Positions 29,039 to 40,855 of a stretch of 64,000 nt of DNA are shown here, piece after piece (the first letter of the stretch is position 1; every line of letters begins with the position of its first letter). The position numbers and the translations under genes are program-made. The notes under the pieces are model-generated. The model made no database searches and was not told the DNA's origin. It saw only the letters and a program-made list of their open reading frames with translations. Source of the DNA: Ignavibacteriota bacterium (GTDB lineage: Bacteria; Bacteroidota; Ignavibacteria; UBA10030); the NCBI GenBank assembly GCA_963701295.1, contig OY969585.1:1280001-1344000 (forward strand). The letters are read 5' to 3'.

Positions 29039-32000
29039 CTATGATGTACTTTTCTTATCTAAAACCTCTCGGAGCTTTCGTAAGACCCCTTCATTCGAGT
29101 ATGGCTTCTGAATGAATCCTTTTGCCCCTAATTGATGGAGAGAGAATTTGAGATCTGGTTCAAAAAAACCACTTGCAAGAACAACTTTCACATGTGGATC
29201 AATTTCTTTGAGTTTCTTGAATACTTCAATCCCGCTCATTTTAGGTAAACCAACATCAGAGAGTACGAGAGCGATCTCATCCCGATGCCGTGTGAATACT
29301 TCAAGAGCTTCTTCACCATCTGCGGCAACATAGACACTGTATCCATAGGATTTCAGCAGCCGCCGAATCAATTTCAATATGAGATATTCATCCTCTATAA
29401 GAAGGATGGTCTCTGATCCACCAACTGGTTTTTCGTTTCCCGGGAGTACTTCCTCAATCAGTTTATCTGGAATATGTGAGACAGGGAAGTACAAGTAAAA
29501 CGTTGTTCCCTCTCCCACGTAGCTTTCCACATCTACAAATCCATGATGTGACTGCATCACCCCGTACACTACCGAAAGACCAAGGCCTGTTCCTTTGCCT
29601 TTTTCTTTGGTTGTGAAAAAAGGATCGAATACCTGGGCGTATATTGCTTCGTCCATTCCCACACCGGTATCGGCTACGCTGATACAGACGTACAATTCTT
29701 GATCGGCTGCAGGAAAACGCTTCGATACTTCTTTTTTTGTTCTCAGCTCTGCCTTAATGGTAATCGCTCCGCCATCGGGCATGGCATCGCGTGCATTGAC
29801 ACATAGATTTAAAAGTGTTTGATGAATCTGTGTACGATCAGCAAGAATGTCCGGAAGGTCCGGTGCATATGTTTGTGTGAAAGTGATCGTCTTCGAAAAA
29901 GTCTCTTTCAGCATCGAAAGAAGTTCATGGACAAGATCAGGAATATTTAATGGTTCGAAAGCAATATCAGTTTTCCGTGCAAATGTTAAAATTTGACGGA
30001 CAAGGGCTGCACCTCGATCTATTGCTTGACTAATGGCAGCAATACCCTCGGTATGTTTCCGAGCATCATTCATGTTCTTTTCTAACGTGGATGAATATCC
30101 GAGGATAATGGCAAGAATATTATTAAAGTCATGTGCTATACCACCGGCAAGCGTGCCAAGGCTTTGAATTTTTTGTGATTGAAAAAGCTGATTCTGTAAT
30201 TTCTTTTGATCTGTAATATCTCGTACAACAACTTGTGTTGCAGGTTTTCCCTGAAAAATAATCGGCAACGAAGTCACTTCTACTTCAATAATCAAACCAT
30301 CCAGCCGGATAAATTTTTCTTCAAGGGGTGGCAATGCTTTTCGTTCTGTCATTCCAAGCACTACACGTTGACGAACAATCTCAATATCGTCAGGATGGAT
30401 AATATTCATAATCGGCAATCCGATTAATTGGGACTCGTCAGTTGCACCAATAAGTTTGATTGCCGCTGGGTTGACGTATACAAATTTTCCTTCTCTGTGT
30501 ACCGCAATAGCATTGGGTGAATATTCCACGAGGCGGCGATAACGCTCTTCACTTTCTTGCAGCTGTTCTTCCGCAATCTTCCGCTGAGTGATATCGCGGA
30601 AACTCCAGACCCGTCCAACAGGCCGTCCACCTATTCGTTGAGGACGTGAATAGCGTTCAAATATTCTGCCATCCTTGAATTCCAGAACGTCAAAACTTTC
30701 GTCTTCTGGATGAGAATAGAGTATATTCACTTTTTTAACAAAATCTTTCGGAGACTTCAATTGCGCTAAAACGAAGTTAATGACTTCTCTGTCCTTGCCT
30801 TCCGCCATGATGTTTTCAGGGATATTCCACATCTTAACAAATTGAGCATTGTAATTCGTGATGACTCCGATGTTATCCACAACTAAAATCCCATCAGCGG
30901 TAGATTCCAATGTTGCCTGAAGGAGCGAAAACGATTGCTGTAATTCCTGCTCCGTTCGTTTTCGTTCAGTGATGTCTTGCACATGCGTGACATAGTATTT
31001 CGGTTTGCCTTTACTGTCTCGAATTAATGAACTCGATACAAGTCCCCAAACGAGATGTCCGTCTTTATGAATATACCGCTTCTCGAGCGTGAACTTCTTT
31101 ACCTCTCCTGACAATGTTCGTTGGATAAAGGAAGATCCAATTTCTCTATCCTCGATATGCGTAACATCGTTGAATGTGAATTGCCGCAGCTCGTCTTCTG
31201 AGTACCCAAGAAGTTCCTGCATGGCATCATTCACGGTGAGAAATTTTCCATCAACGCCAACAAGGCATGTTCCTACGGATGCATTCTCAATCACCGTACG
31301 AAAATGGTCTTCGCTTTCTTGAAGCTCCTGCTCAGCCCGTTTACGTTCAGCAATATCCGTAATGATACCCAGAATAGCTTTTCCGTTTTCGTACGGTATA
31401 AGTTTCGTGGTAATAATAGCGTTAATTTGACTTCTTTGTTTTGTCAGTAAGGTATATTCATATGCTGGAACTTCGTCACCTCTTGTATGCTTACTAAACA
31501 TCTCCTTGAGAAGTTCCACAGATTCTGGAGCAGTTATTTTCAGAAAGTTGAAATCAGGAGAATAGAACTCTTCTTTTGTATAACCCATTTGTTCTTCACA
31601 TTTTGCATTTGCATAGACAACATTCCCATTATAATTGATAAAAATCATATTCGGTGATTGTTCGGCAAACGTTCGAAATTTTTCTTCGGATTCTCTTAAA
31701 ATTTCCTCAGCTTCTTTTCGTTCAGTAATATCTCTGATAATGGCTTGGTAGAACTTTTTTTCTTCGATTTCAATGAGGCGTATACTTAATTCAATTGGAA
31801 AAGTGCTTCCATCTTTTCGCTGGTGAATTGATTCAAATGTGGTACCATTTTGCTCAATATCAACTTTTAATTGCCTGAGCAAGTTGCTGGAATTTACAAT
31901 AAGCAGATCACTTACTTTCAATGTAAGAATTTCATCGCGTGTATATCCATATGCTTCCAATGCCCGGTCATTGATTTCTACAATTTCCAAATCTTCATTT

Positions 32001-33070
32001 GCCAGGATATAAATATCGTTCGCATATTTGATTAAGTATTCGAAGTGTTTGAACAGCGCTAAGCGTTCAACCTTTGCTTGATACTGTTTGTTTTGCCACC
32101 AGAAACCGAGAAACGTACCGGATGCAAGAATGAGAATGATTATCATGCCACCAATCAGCCAGGCTTCTAACCGAAGTGGTGCAAAAACTTCTTCTTGATC
32201 TACTTTTGAAACCATAAACCAGGGGGAATCAGAAATTTGTCTCATTACCGCAAGCACGGGAACTCCGCGATAATCTATTCCTTCCACAATCCCTTCAATG
32301 CCGCGTACCGCCATCGCTGCAGGAAGTTTTTCGTTTGAAATCGGCAGTCTCAATGTGGATGGAATGTTCTTCTGATGACGAAGTTCATTCAAGAAGACAA
32401 CATCATCACTGTCGCGTTCTATCAGCAGTGTCTCGGATGAAGGGCTCGGTGTGGGCCACAATTTAATGAGAGGGAACAATAATTTGTTTGGATCGATGCG
32501 TAACAATAATACACCGATAACAGTACTATTATTCTGTCTGGACAACAAGAGCGGGACTATGAGAGAGAGGTGGATTCTTGATGAGTCATCTGTCCGTTGG
32601 AAATCAGTAAGAATTACCTTCTTTTGAATGATCGCTTCCTTGCTTAATTCTTGAACCTGCGCCTGAATGGTATCCGTGAAAGCGGAACTTGAAAGGCGAA
32701 TGATTCCTAATGTATCAAGTAAATAGGCGGCTGAATATTCATTATACTTTTGGAAGGAATGCAACCATGACGAGACTTCATTTTTTCGATTCAGTTCATT
32801 TGGTGACTGAAAATAGAATTGTATTTGATGAGCCACAAGCGTATTTTTAGAAACCATTTCAGCATCACTGAGCCGTCCATTTCTCCATTGAGTGATTTGC
32901 CATATTTTTAAATCCGCAATAGCCGCAAGTTCATTCTGCTTCTCGTCGACAATTCGTTTTTGCTGGAATCGATAATAAAAAGATGCTGTAATAAAAATAC
33001 TTGCTATCAGGAAGAGAAAAATAAGAATGAGTGTCCATGGTATTTGGCGGTTTTTCTTATGAACGCTCAT
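29039..33070 (-). CDS. Hybrid sensor histidine kinase: TM, periplasmic Cache-like domain, TM, 5 PAS, HisKA, HATPase, REC
   Basis: Five PAS units ending DITERK/DIAERK/DITQRK/DITDQK; GIAHDFNN, NARDAM, DPFFTTK, GTGLGL; receiver LSDVGLP...QKPY. Confidence 0.95.
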   Translation of the reverse strand: MSVHKKNRQIPWTLILIFLFLIASIFITASFYYRFQQKRIVDEKQNELAAIADLKIWQITQWRNGRLSDAEMVSKNTLVAHQIQFYFQSPNELNRKNEVSSWLHSFQKYNEYSAAYLLDTLGIIRLSSSAFTDTIQAQVQELSKEAIIQKKVILTDFQRTDDSSRIHLSLIVPLLLSRQNNSTVIGVLLLRIDPNKLLFPLIKLWPTPSPSSETLLIERDSDDVVFLNELRHQKNIPSTLRLPISNEKLPAAMAVRGIEGIVEGIDYRGVPVLAVMRQISDSPWFMVSKVDQEEVFAPLRLEAWLIGGMIIILILASGTFLGFWWQNKQYQAKVERLALFKHFEYLIKYANDIYILANEDLEIVEINDRALEAYGYTRDEILTLKVSDLLIVNSSNLLRQLKVDIEQNGTTFESIHQRKDGSTFPIELSIRLIEIEEKKFYQAIIRDITERKEAEEILRESEEKFRTFAEQSPNMIFINYNGNVVYANAKCEEQMGYTKEEFYSPDFNFLKITAPESVELLKEMFSKHTRGDEVPAYEYTLLTKQRSQINAIITTKLIPYENGKAILGIITDIAERKRAEQELQESEDHFRTVIENASVGTCLVGVDGKFLTVNDAMQELLGYSEDELRQFTFNDVTHIEDREIGSSFIQRTLSGEVKKFTLEKRYIHKDGHLVWGLVSSSLIRDSKGKPKYYVTHVQDITERKRTEQELQQSFSLLQATLESTADGILVVDNIGVITNYNAQFVKMWNIPENIMAEGKDREVINFVLAQLKSPKDFVKKVNILYSHPEDESFDVLEFKDGRIFERYSRPQRIGGRPVGRVWSFRDITQRKIAEEQLQESEERYRRLVEYSPNAIAVHREGKFVYVNPAAIKLIGATDESQLIGLPIMNIIHPDDIEIVRQRVVLGMTERKALPPLEEKFIRLDGLIIEVEVTSLPIIFQGKPATQVVVRDITDQKKLQNQLFQSQKIQSLGTLAGGIAHDFNNILAIILGYSSTLEKNMNDARKHTEGIAAISQAIDRGAALVRQILTFARKTDIAFEPLNIPDLVHELLSMLKETFSKTITFTQTYAPDLPDILADRTQIHQTLLNLCVNARDAMPDGGAITIKAELRTKKEVSKRFPAADQELYVCISVADTGVGMDEAIYAQVFDPFFTTKEKGKGTGLGLSVVYGVMQSHHGFVDVESYVGEGTTFYLYFPVSHIPDKLIEEVLPGNEKPVGGSETILLIEDEYLILKLIRRLLKSYGYSVYVAADGEEALEVFTRHRDEIALVLSDVGLPKMSGIEVFKKLKEIDPHVKVVLASGFFEPDLKFSLHQLGAKGFIQKPYSNEGVLRKLREVLDKKSTS

Positions 33071-33336
33071 ACGTCGTGCCGTTCTTATTGAATACTACGG
33101 TTGTGAAATAATGTTCTTATGGGGAACCATAGGAAATCAAGACTGTTCTTGATGAAAAACAATTCAGCATACATAAGGACCTATCATAGATGCTGCAGAT
33201 TATATTGGTTCATTCCCGTATGCTCAAGCATAAATCTTGAAAGACATACCAGGGAACGTGTATGATATAAACATACCTCAGGACTTTTCATATCCCCCAA
33301 ACCTATAAAATTTCGCAAACGGAAGCAACAGGCAAG

Positions 33337-33371
33337 AAAAAAAATGCTCAAGATACTTCATCAAGAGCATT
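33337..33371 (-). terminator. Possible intrinsic terminator after the ABC permease
   Basis: AATGCTC/GAGCATT stem followed by a T run on the minus strand. Confidence 0.5.
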
Positions 33372-33451
33372 ATGAAGAACTGCCAGAATTTTTTGAAGCA
33401 ATATCTTCTTCAGAACTTTATCAAAGAAGATAAACTTTGTTCATGGGGAAG

Positions 33452-34669
33452 TTATTCGTATCTCAGAGCATCAATGGGATTCAGCATGGCCGCTTTCCTT
33501 GCCGGATAGAAACCGAAAAAGATGCCGATGGCAATCGAAAACCCGAATGAAAGAATAATCGAAAATGCCGTGATAATTGTAGGCCATTTTGCGATACTGG
33601 AAATCACATTTGAGCCGATTACTCCAAGGATGATTCCTGTAATCCCGCCGAGCAAGCTCAAAACAAGCGCTTCAATCAAAAATTGTGTAAGAATATCTCT
33701 AGCGCGAGCACCAATGGACATGCGTATACCTATTTCACGCGTTCTTTCGGTGACAGAGACAAGCATAATATTCATAATGCCAATGCCTCCAACAAGCAAC
33801 GAGACCGATGCAATACTTGCCAGAAGGATAGTGAGTACCTGCGTAGTCGCCGTCGCTGTAGCGGCTAGGTCTGTCTGGTTTCGAATTGTGAAATCGTCTG
33901 CATCATAAGGTTGTATCTTGTGCCTCATTCGTAAGAGCTCAGAAATTTGTGTTTGCGCTGCAGCAATATCCTTCAAACTTGTTGCAGAGACAAGGACATA
34001 TCGTAAGTTGGGCCAGTGTGAGAGTCTGCGAATAACGGTTGTATACGGTGCAAGGATGACATCATCCTGATCCTGGCCCATCGCGTTTTGTCCTTTTTTT
34101 GTTAGCACACCGGCCACTTTAAAAGGAACACTGCGAATACGAATTGTCTGATCGACAGGACTTGCATCAGGAAAAAGATTATCGGCAACAGTTCTTCCAA
34201 GTATACAGACCTTTGCAGCAGCTTTAACGTCTTGATCCGTAAAGAAATCTCCGTATTCAATAAGCCACTGTCGTATTTCAAGATAATCGGTACCTACTCC
34301 TTGAATGCTTGTTGACCAATTCAAATTGCCTGCGATGACCTGGCCGCCAGCCATTGATCCAGGAGAAATATATTGAACGGCGGAGCATTCTTTTGCAATT
34401 GCGAGAGCATCATCTTCTGTGAGGGTTGTTGCCGACCCCGCTCCGCTTCGTACACCTGCCTGCTGTTGTGCACCTGGAAAGACCATGAGTACGTTGGTTC
34501 CTAATGCCGCAATTTGTTCCTTCACCGAATATTCTGCCCCCTGTCCGATGGCAAGCATCGCAATAACGGCTGCGACTCCGATGATGATCCCAAGCATGGT
34601 CAGGAAGGATCGCATTTTATTGCGCTGCAATGCTCTAAATGCGGAAAGAAGAATATTTAATATCTTCAT
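33452..34669 (-). CDS. MacB/FtsX-family ABC permease
   Basis: RSFLTMLGIIIGV, GGIGIMNIMLVSVTERTREIG, PIDALRYE. Confidence 0.95.
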   Translation of the reverse strand: MKILNILLSAFRALQRNKMRSFLTMLGIIIGVAAVIAMLAIGQGAEYSVKEQIAALGTNVLMVFPGAQQQAGVRSGAGSATTLTEDDALAIAKECSAVQYISPGSMAGGQVIAGNLNWSTSIQGVGTDYLEIRQWLIEYGDFFTDQDVKAAAKVCILGRTVADNLFPDASPVDQTIRIRSVPFKVAGVLTKKGQNAMGQDQDDVILAPYTTVIRRLSHWPNLRYVLVSATSLKDIAAAQTQISELLRMRHKIQPYDADDFTIRNQTDLAATATATTQVLTILLASIASVSLLVGGIGIMNIMLVSVTERTREIGIRMSIGARARDILTQFLIEALVLSLLGGITGIILGVIGSNVISSIAKWPTIITAFSIILSFGFSIAIGIFFGFYPARKAAMLNPIDALRYE

Positions 34670-35454
34670 GCTGCTTCCTCCTCATCGTCGATCATAGGAA
34701 GTCCTTTGATCACTTCAGATGCAATTTTGGGTTTGGTGTTGATTTTGTCTGCTCGGATCCTGCCGTCCCGAAAGACAATGTGACGTTTCGCAAAGTCGGC
34801 AATATCCGGCTCGTGTGTCACAAGAACGACGGTGATACCGTTCTCATTTAAATCCTGAAAAATCCCCATAACCTCAACGCTCGTTCGGCTATCAAGATTG
34901 CCGGTTGGCTCGTCGGCGAGAATAATGCTTGGATCATTCACTAACGATCGTGCGATTGCAACGCGTTGTTGTTGTCCACCAGAGAGCTGGTTCGGATAAT
35001 GATGGACTCTGTCTCCGAGACCGACTCTTTCGAGCGACTCCATCGCCTTCACCTTTCGAACTTTGTTTGATGTTGGACCATAGAACAGCGGAAGTTCCAC
35101 GTTCTCAAGTGCCGAAGTGCGCGAAAGCAGATTGAATCCTTGGAATACGAAACCAATTTTTTTGTTTCGTATCGCAGCAAGCTCATCTCTGGATAATTTC
35201 CCCACATCAATCCCTTCAAGGATGTACGATCCCTTTGTCGGTTTGTCGAGACATCCCAAAATATTCATAAATGTGGATTTACCTGATCCAGATGCTCCCA
35301 TGATTGCAACGAACTCTCCTTTTGATACATTGACCGATACCCCGCGGAGCGCATGCACATCAACCTCGCCAAGTTGATAGACCTTGGTTAGGTGCTCTAT
35401 GTGAATAAGAGTTCCATTCGTACCGGACGATGATTGAGTGAGATTCTGGATCAT
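34666..35454 (-). CDS. MacB/LolD-type ABC ATPase
   Basis: [27 protein letters not shown]. Confidence 0.96.
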   Translation of the reverse strand: MIQNLTQSSSGTNGTLIHIEHLTKVYQLGEVDVHALRGVSVNVSKGEFVAIMGASGSGKSTFMNILGCLDKPTKGSYILEGIDVGKLSRDELAAIRNKKIGFVFQGFNLLSRTSALENVELPLFYGPTSNKVRKVKAMESLERVGLGDRVHHYPNQLSGGQQQRVAIARSLVNDPSIILADEPTGNLDSRTSVEVMGIFQDLNENGITVVLVTHEPDIADFAKRHIVFRDGRIRADKINTKPKIASEVIKGLPMIDDEEEAA

Positions 35455-36968
35455 CGGAAGCCACCTCCTCCGCCAGGACGTTGCTGCTGTCCTGATCCCG
35501 CGAGAGGATTCTGTACTGATCCGCTTCCGGAATCGTTGTTCGATGTTGCACCAAGTACAATCTGATCTCCAGGCTTCAATTTCGAAGTAGTGATTTCGGT
35601 GAATCGCCCATCGTTCAATCCAGTCCGGACGAAGACTGACTCAAGCAATCCATTCGATTTCAAAATCCAAACTCTACCTCTTCCTGATTGATGAGAGGGG
35701 ACGTAAGCGTTCTTTTGGTATTCGGGATAATTCGATATAACGCTGAAATCATTTGATTCTTTCTGTGTTTTCATTTTAGGTTTGTTTTGCTGCGCAATTA
35801 GATTACTCCGTTTCATTCTGCCCACGAATAACTTCTGCATTTCGCCTCGTAACTCCTCTTGACTCAACTTCCCTCCATGTGCCGCTTGAATTGAATCTCT
35901 GAGAGCTCGGAAGCGCTCTCTATCACCTTGCGAAAATTGTCCTTCATTCTGTACACTCTGGCCATCGGATTGAATCTTAGAAGAATCTCCAGTATCTGTT
36001 CGTCTACTCGTGAAATCACTTCGCATCAAACTAGAACCGGTTGTGTCAATAATATCATTGGGTGGCTGGAACCTGAGAGCCATATTCGAAACTTTCATAA
36101 CATCATTTGCACTTCCAACGAGAATTTTGACGTTTGCAGTCAATCCCGGCATGAGTTTCAGTTGGTCATTGTTCACATCGATGATGACGATGTAGTTGAC
36201 GACGTTTTGAATGGACTGGGGAGCAAGCCTGATCTGCGATACCGTGCCTGCGAATTTATCGTCCGGGTATGCATCAACGGTAAAAGTTGCCTGCTGACCG
36301 ATGCTAACCCTGCCAATATCTGTTTCATCAACTGTCGTCTCCACCTGCATCTTCTTCAGATCGTTTGCGATAGTATAGAGTGTGGGAGAAGAAAAGCTTG
36401 CTGCTACTGTCTGTCCAATATTAACCGCACGGTTGATTACGACGCCGTCTATGGGGGCATAGATTGTCGCGTATGCCAGGTTAATTTTTGCTCTATCAAG
36501 AGTGGCTTCCGCAGATTTTAGATTGGCTTCATTTGATTCGTACGTTGTCAATGCCGCATCGTAATTGAGCTGAGAATCAAGCCCGTGATCGAGGAGGGAT
36601 TTCTCCCGGTCAAGGTTTCTTTTGCTGTCCGCGAACTGTGCCTTTGCCTTGTCGAGACTTGCTTCAGCATCTTTTACCGATTGGACAAGGAAGGTAGAAT
36701 CTATTTGAGCAATGATTTGCCCTTTTTTCACAACTGAGTTGAAGTCAGCGTACAACTTTGCAATGATTCCGGAAACCTGAGTTCCGACATCGACTGATGT
36801 CACCGCATTGATTGTTCCCGTTGCAGTAACGAAGACAGTAAGATCGCCTTGCGAGACTTTATCGAATTTGAAGTTGTAGATCTGACTATGGTTTCGTGCA
36901 AAGAGAAGATACGCGACTATAATAATCACAACGACCGCTGCACCAGAGATATAGATTGTTCTTTTCAT
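35451..36968 (-). CDS. MacA-like periplasmic adaptor subunit
   Basis: VGTQVSG, APIDGVV, GQTVAASF, VDETDIG; N-terminal anchor. Confidence 0.93.
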   Translation of the reverse strand: MKRTIYISGAAVVVIIIVAYLLFARNHSQIYNFKFDKVSQGDLTVFVTATGTINAVTSVDVGTQVSGIIAKLYADFNSVVKKGQIIAQIDSTFLVQSVKDAEASLDKAKAQFADSKRNLDREKSLLDHGLDSQLNYDAALTTYESNEANLKSAEATLDRAKINLAYATIYAPIDGVVINRAVNIGQTVAASFSSPTLYTIANDLKKMQVETTVDETDIGRVSIGQQATFTVDAYPDDKFAGTVSQIRLAPQSIQNVVNYIVIIDVNNDQLKLMPGLTANVKILVGSANDVMKVSNMALRFQPPNDIIDTTGSSLMRSDFTSRRTDTGDSSKIQSDGQSVQNEGQFSQGDRERFRALRDSIQAAHGGKLSQEELRGEMQKLFVGRMKRSNLIAQQNKPKMKTQKESNDFSVISNYPEYQKNAYVPSHQSGRGRVWILKSNGLLESVFVRTGLNDGRFTEITTSKLKPGDQIVLGATSNNDSGSGSVQNPLAGSGQQQRPGGGGGFR

Positions 36969-37557
36969 TGTTCACTCCTAATCAACATATATGGAAATCG
37001 TACACTGCTTACATGAATAAAGACGAGCGAAAAACCGAAAAGTTGTTTGAATAATAAATATAAAAGAGGTTTAGCAATGATTCATTGCTGCTCCAGGTTT
37101 AGACAACATCAAATATACGAGGTTTTACGGAAATACAAATACTTCATCAATATCTGCAACTTGAACGTGTGATTTAAAAAAAATCAAGTAGTCTAACTAA
37201 AGAACCATGAGACCTTTTTGTAAATAAAGAAAAATTAATGTGTGGAGTAATTATATCATAGAAGCAAGCTGGAAATCATTGTCTTTCTTAAAACGCGGTG
37301 GACGCATTCGTTCTTTAAAATTCGGGTTTATAAATGATGGGGTAATGGATTCATTCGTGACGAAGAGCTTTATACGTATTAATAGACTGCCAATCCAGGA
37401 CTTATGTAACCCCTTAATTTATTCATTTTCGGGAAAGCGGTTTCCTCTTTTTTGCATAACTGAAAAGCGATAAGCTTGTTTTGTCCGAAAGTAGACGAAT
37501 GCGAATCGGTACGTTTCTTGCCCTGTAAAATAGTAATTCTTTGAGACATAGACAGTT

Positions 37558-37918
37558 ATGCATGAACTTTCAATTGCGCAGAATATTATTGAGATAATCC
37601 AGCAACGTATTCCCGAGACGGAATGGAAACAAGTAACCGCAGTGCGTGTAAGAATTGGGGCAGTAGCGGGCATCGTACCGGATTCATTAAAATTTTCTTT
37701 TCAAGCAATCACAACAGAATCGGCACTCTGCAATGCACGGTTGATTACTGAACATATTCCGTTCCGTGTTCATTGTCGTACCTGTCACACAACTACAGAG
37801 AATGAAGATGGATTTGCCATGTGCGGTGAATGCGAGAGTACCTGATATTCAAGTACTCTCTGGTACTGAGTTGCATGTTGTAGAGATTGAATTGGACGAG
37901 ACTGTACAGGTACTATGA
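37558..37918 (+). pseudogene. hypA: Hydrogenase nickel chaperone HypA, interrupted by a +1 frameshift near 37843
   Basis: MHELS, CRTC and CGEC, then TGA at 37843-37845; the next frame continues DIQVLSGTELHVVEIELDE to TGA 37916-37918, overlapping the hypB ATG. Confidence 0.88.
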
Positions 37919-38571
37919 GTATTATTACGGTAGAACGAAAAGTACTTGAGAAAAACGATGAGCTTGCGGCCCGAAACCGTGAAGTTTTTCGTTCCCATGG
38001 TGTGTTCGTGGTAAACATGGTCAGCTCGCCCGGCTCCGGTAAAACAAGTATCCTAGAACGAACGCTTGAATACTTGAAAGACAGTTTTCGGGTGACAGTG
38101 ATTGAAGGAGACGTGCAGACGGACTTGGATGCGCAGCGTGTAGCAAAGTTTAGTGTACCCGTGGTGCAAATTATTACGAACGGCGGATGTCATCTCGAAG
38201 CAAATTTGATACAAGATGCACTCGGTACTATCAACCTCAATGGAGTTCAACTCTTGATTATTGAGAATGTCGGCAATCTTGTCTGTCCCGCTAATTATGA
38301 TTTGGGAGAAAACATGAAAATTGTCGTTGCGAGCACCACGGAAGGTGACGACAAACCGCTGAAGTACCCTGGAATGTTTCGGAATGCATCAGCCCTCATT
38401 ATCAATAAAATAGATCTCCTCCCGTATGTCAACTGTCATCTTGAAGAATTGAAAAGCAATGCTCTCCGCATCAATCCGACATTAAACGTGTTTGAAACAT
38501 CATGTACAACAAAGCAAGGAATTGTAGAGTGGTGTATGTGGTTGAAGGGGCAAGTAACAAGAAAGAAGTAA
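37915..38571 (+). CDS. hypB: Hydrogenase nickel incorporation GTPase HypB
   Basis: SSPGSGKT, GGCHL, ENVGNLVCP, EGDDKPLKYP, NKIDL. Confidence 0.97.
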   Translation: MSIITVERKVLEKNDELAARNREVFRSHGVFVVNMVSSPGSGKTSILERTLEYLKDSFRVTVIEGDVQTDLDAQRVAKFSVPVVQIITNGGCHLEANLIQDALGTINLNGVQLLIIENVGNLVCPANYDLGENMKIVVASTTEGDDKPLKYPGMFRNASALIINKIDLLPYVNCHLEELKSNALRINPTLNVFETSCTTKQGIVEWCMWLKGQVTRKK

Positions 38572-38678
38572 AAAATGAAAGTAAGAAGCTTTTAAAGCAG
38601 AAGGTATCAAGAGAGATCGATTTATAAACACAAAGGTATCATCAACTAACAACGAAGAACGGACTTCAAACAACAACT

Positions 38679-39194
38679 ATGGTACAACCAGAACCTAAGA
38701 ACCATCCAAGTGGCGACAACCGATTCAAGTTGCTCGACCGTGCCATCACAAAACATCACGCAAGCGGCGATGCTTTAATCGAGATTCTGCATGTGGCGCA
38801 GGGGATTTTTGGATTTCTCGAAAACGACCTGATGGTATATATTGCCAATGCACTCAAACTTCCCCTCAGCCGTGTGTACGGCGTCGCAACATTTTATCAT
38901 TTCTTCCGCCTCAAACCGCAAGGCGAACACACTTTCGTACTCTGTACGGGTACCGCTTGTTACGTGAAAGGTGCGAACGAAATCCAAAAAAGCGTCGAGC
39001 ATCATTGCGGCTGCAAATTCGGTGAAACAACAAGAGACAATAAAGTATCTCTCATTTCAGCGCGGTGTGTCGGCTCATGCGGTTTAGCACCTGTCGCAGT
39101 GCTTGATGATGCAGTCGCAGGCAAGCTCACAACGAGTGAAGCTGTGAGACGCATTCAACAGTGGCAGGAAGAGAAAAAGGAGGTTGCAGCATGA
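38679..39194 (+). CDS. hoxE: Bidirectional hydrogenase 2Fe-2S subunit HoxE
   Basis: GVATFYH, CTGTAC, CVGSC. Confidence 0.93.
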   Translation: MVQPEPKNHPSGDNRFKLLDRAITKHHASGDALIEILHVAQGIFGFLENDLMVYIANALKLPLSRVYGVATFYHFFRLKPQGEHTFVLCTGTACYVKGANEIQKSVEHHCGCKFGETTRDNKVSLISARCVGSCGLAPVAVLDDAVAGKLTTSEAVRRIQQWQEEKKEVAA

Positions 39195-40852
39195 CCGTAG
39201 AAGATCTCCGTGAATTAGCGGAAAAGGAGCAAGCACGGCAAGCGGAATATGAGCATCGCATTTTATACTGCTCTTCTGCAGGGTGTGTTTCAAGTGGATG
39301 CAACGCAGTTAAAAATGAATTGAAGAAAGCAATCGATGAACTTGGTTTATCAAAAAAGTGTGAAATGACCGGCACCGGCTGCCTTGGCCTCTGCGGTGAA
39401 GGTCCGCTTGTTTTTATGCATTCAGACCCGACACTCTATCAGCACGTCGATGTAGCAGTAGCGCGCAGAATCGTAGAAGAGCATATTGGGCAGGGCAAGA
39501 AGGTGAAAGAGAACGAGATCGACTTGAATGATCCCTTCTTCGCATCGCAAAAGAAAATCGTACTTGAAAATATGGGTAAGATCAATGCCGAGAGCATCGA
39601 AGAGTACATTGCAGCAGATGGCTACGAAGCGCTCGCGAAAGCACTGACCGAAATGGTGCCGGAAGAAGTCATTAGCGAAATTCGCAAAGCCGGATTGCGC
39701 GGGCGCGGCGGCGCAGGCTATCCAACAGGATTGAAGTGGGATATTGTCCGCAAAGGAGTCGCTGATCAGAAGTACATTGTGTGTAATGCTGATGAAGGAG
39801 ATCCCGGTGCATTTATGGATCGTAGCGTACTGGAAGGTGATCCGCATCGAGTACTGGAAGGAATGGCTATCGCAGGGTATGCTGTCGGTGCGAACCAGGG
39901 ATTCATCTATGTTCGTGCGGAATATCCGTTAGCCATCGATCGATTAAAAACGGCGATTAAACAAGCCGAAAGACTTGGTCTGCTGGGAAACGGAATTTTC
40001 GAATCACATTTTAATTTTCGCATCGATATCCGTATTGGCGCCGGTGCATTTGTCTGCGGTGAAGAGACAGCCCTGCTGCGTTCCGTGATGGGCCGCCGCG
40101 GCCGGCCGAAAGTACGTCCACCCTATCCTTCTGAGAAAGGATTATGGGACAAACCAACGGTTATTAATAACGTGGAAACGTATGCGAATGTTGCTCCAAT
40201 CTTGAGGAACGGCAACGCATGGTTTGCAGCAATTGGAACGCAAAAGAGTCCCGGCACGAAAGTATTTGCGATTGCCGGAAATGTGAAACGGCCCGGTCTT
40301 ATAGAAGTGCCGATGGGTATTGCACTGAGGAAAATTATTTTCGACATCGGCGGCGGAACACCGGAAGGAACGAAGTTCAAAGCAGCCCAAGCCGGCGGGC
40401 CCTCCGGCGGATGCATTCCGACAGAACATCTCGATATACCCGTTGATTATGAATCGCTCCAAACAGTCGGTGCCATGATGGGCAGCGGCGGTATGATTGT
40501 TATTGATAACACGTCCAATATGGTGGAGGTAGCAAAATATTTTTCCGAATTCTGTATGGATGAATCATGCGGTAAGTGTATTCCTTGCCGTGTCGGAACA
40601 AAGCACATTTACATGATGCTTGATAAGATCGTTAAGGGTGAGGCGACAGAGAACGATTTTGAATTACTGAAAGAACTTTGTGTCATGGTAAAAGAGACAA
40701 GTCTCTGTGGTCTTGGTCAATCAGCCCCCAATGGCGTGCTTTCCACTGTTCGATTTTTCAAGGACGAGTATCTTTCGAAGTTGAAAAAATCGGCCGAGGG
40801 CAATATACATCCCAATGAATTCTCATCAGTACCTGTTGTGAAGGAGGCTTAG
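39191..40852 (+). CDS. hoxF: Bidirectional hydrogenase FMN/NAD diaphorase subunit HoxF
   Basis: [33 protein letters not shown]; start ATG 39191 overlaps the hoxE stop. Confidence 0.94.
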   Translation: MTVEDLRELAEKEQARQAEYEHRILYCSSAGCVSSGCNAVKNELKKAIDELGLSKKCEMTGTGCLGLCGEGPLVFMHSDPTLYQHVDVAVARRIVEEHIGQGKKVKENEIDLNDPFFASQKKIVLENMGKINAESIEEYIAADGYEALAKALTEMVPEEVISEIRKAGLRGRGGAGYPTGLKWDIVRKGVADQKYIVCNADEGDPGAFMDRSVLEGDPHRVLEGMAIAGYAVGANQGFIYVRAEYPLAIDRLKTAIKQAERLGLLGNGIFESHFNFRIDIRIGAGAFVCGEETALLRSVMGRRGRPKVRPPYPSEKGLWDKPTVINNVETYANVAPILRNGNAWFAAIGTQKSPGTKVFAIAGNVKRPGLIEVPMGIALRKIIFDIGGGTPEGTKFKAAQAGGPSGGCIPTEHLDIPVDYESLQTVGAMMGSGGMIVIDNTSNMVEVAKYFSEFCMDESCGKCIPCRVGTKHIYMMLDKIVKGEATENDFELLKELCVMVKETSLCGLGQSAPNGVLSTVRFFKDEYLSKLKKSAEGNIHPNEFSSVPVVKEA

Positions 40853-40855
40853 ACT

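Noticed and set aside
35928-36521. Long antisense ORFs over real genes (this one, 42086-42817, 58132-58665 and many others)
   Set aside because: Shadow frames of well-supported genes with no motifs of their own
37240-37473. 77-aa ORF upstream of hypA
   Set aside because: GTG start without an RBS, no recognisable features, AT-rich promoter spacer
37843-37869. Selenocysteine or stop readthrough in hypA
   Set aside because: The in-frame continuation is YSSTLWY then stop; the HypA-like tail is in the +1 frame
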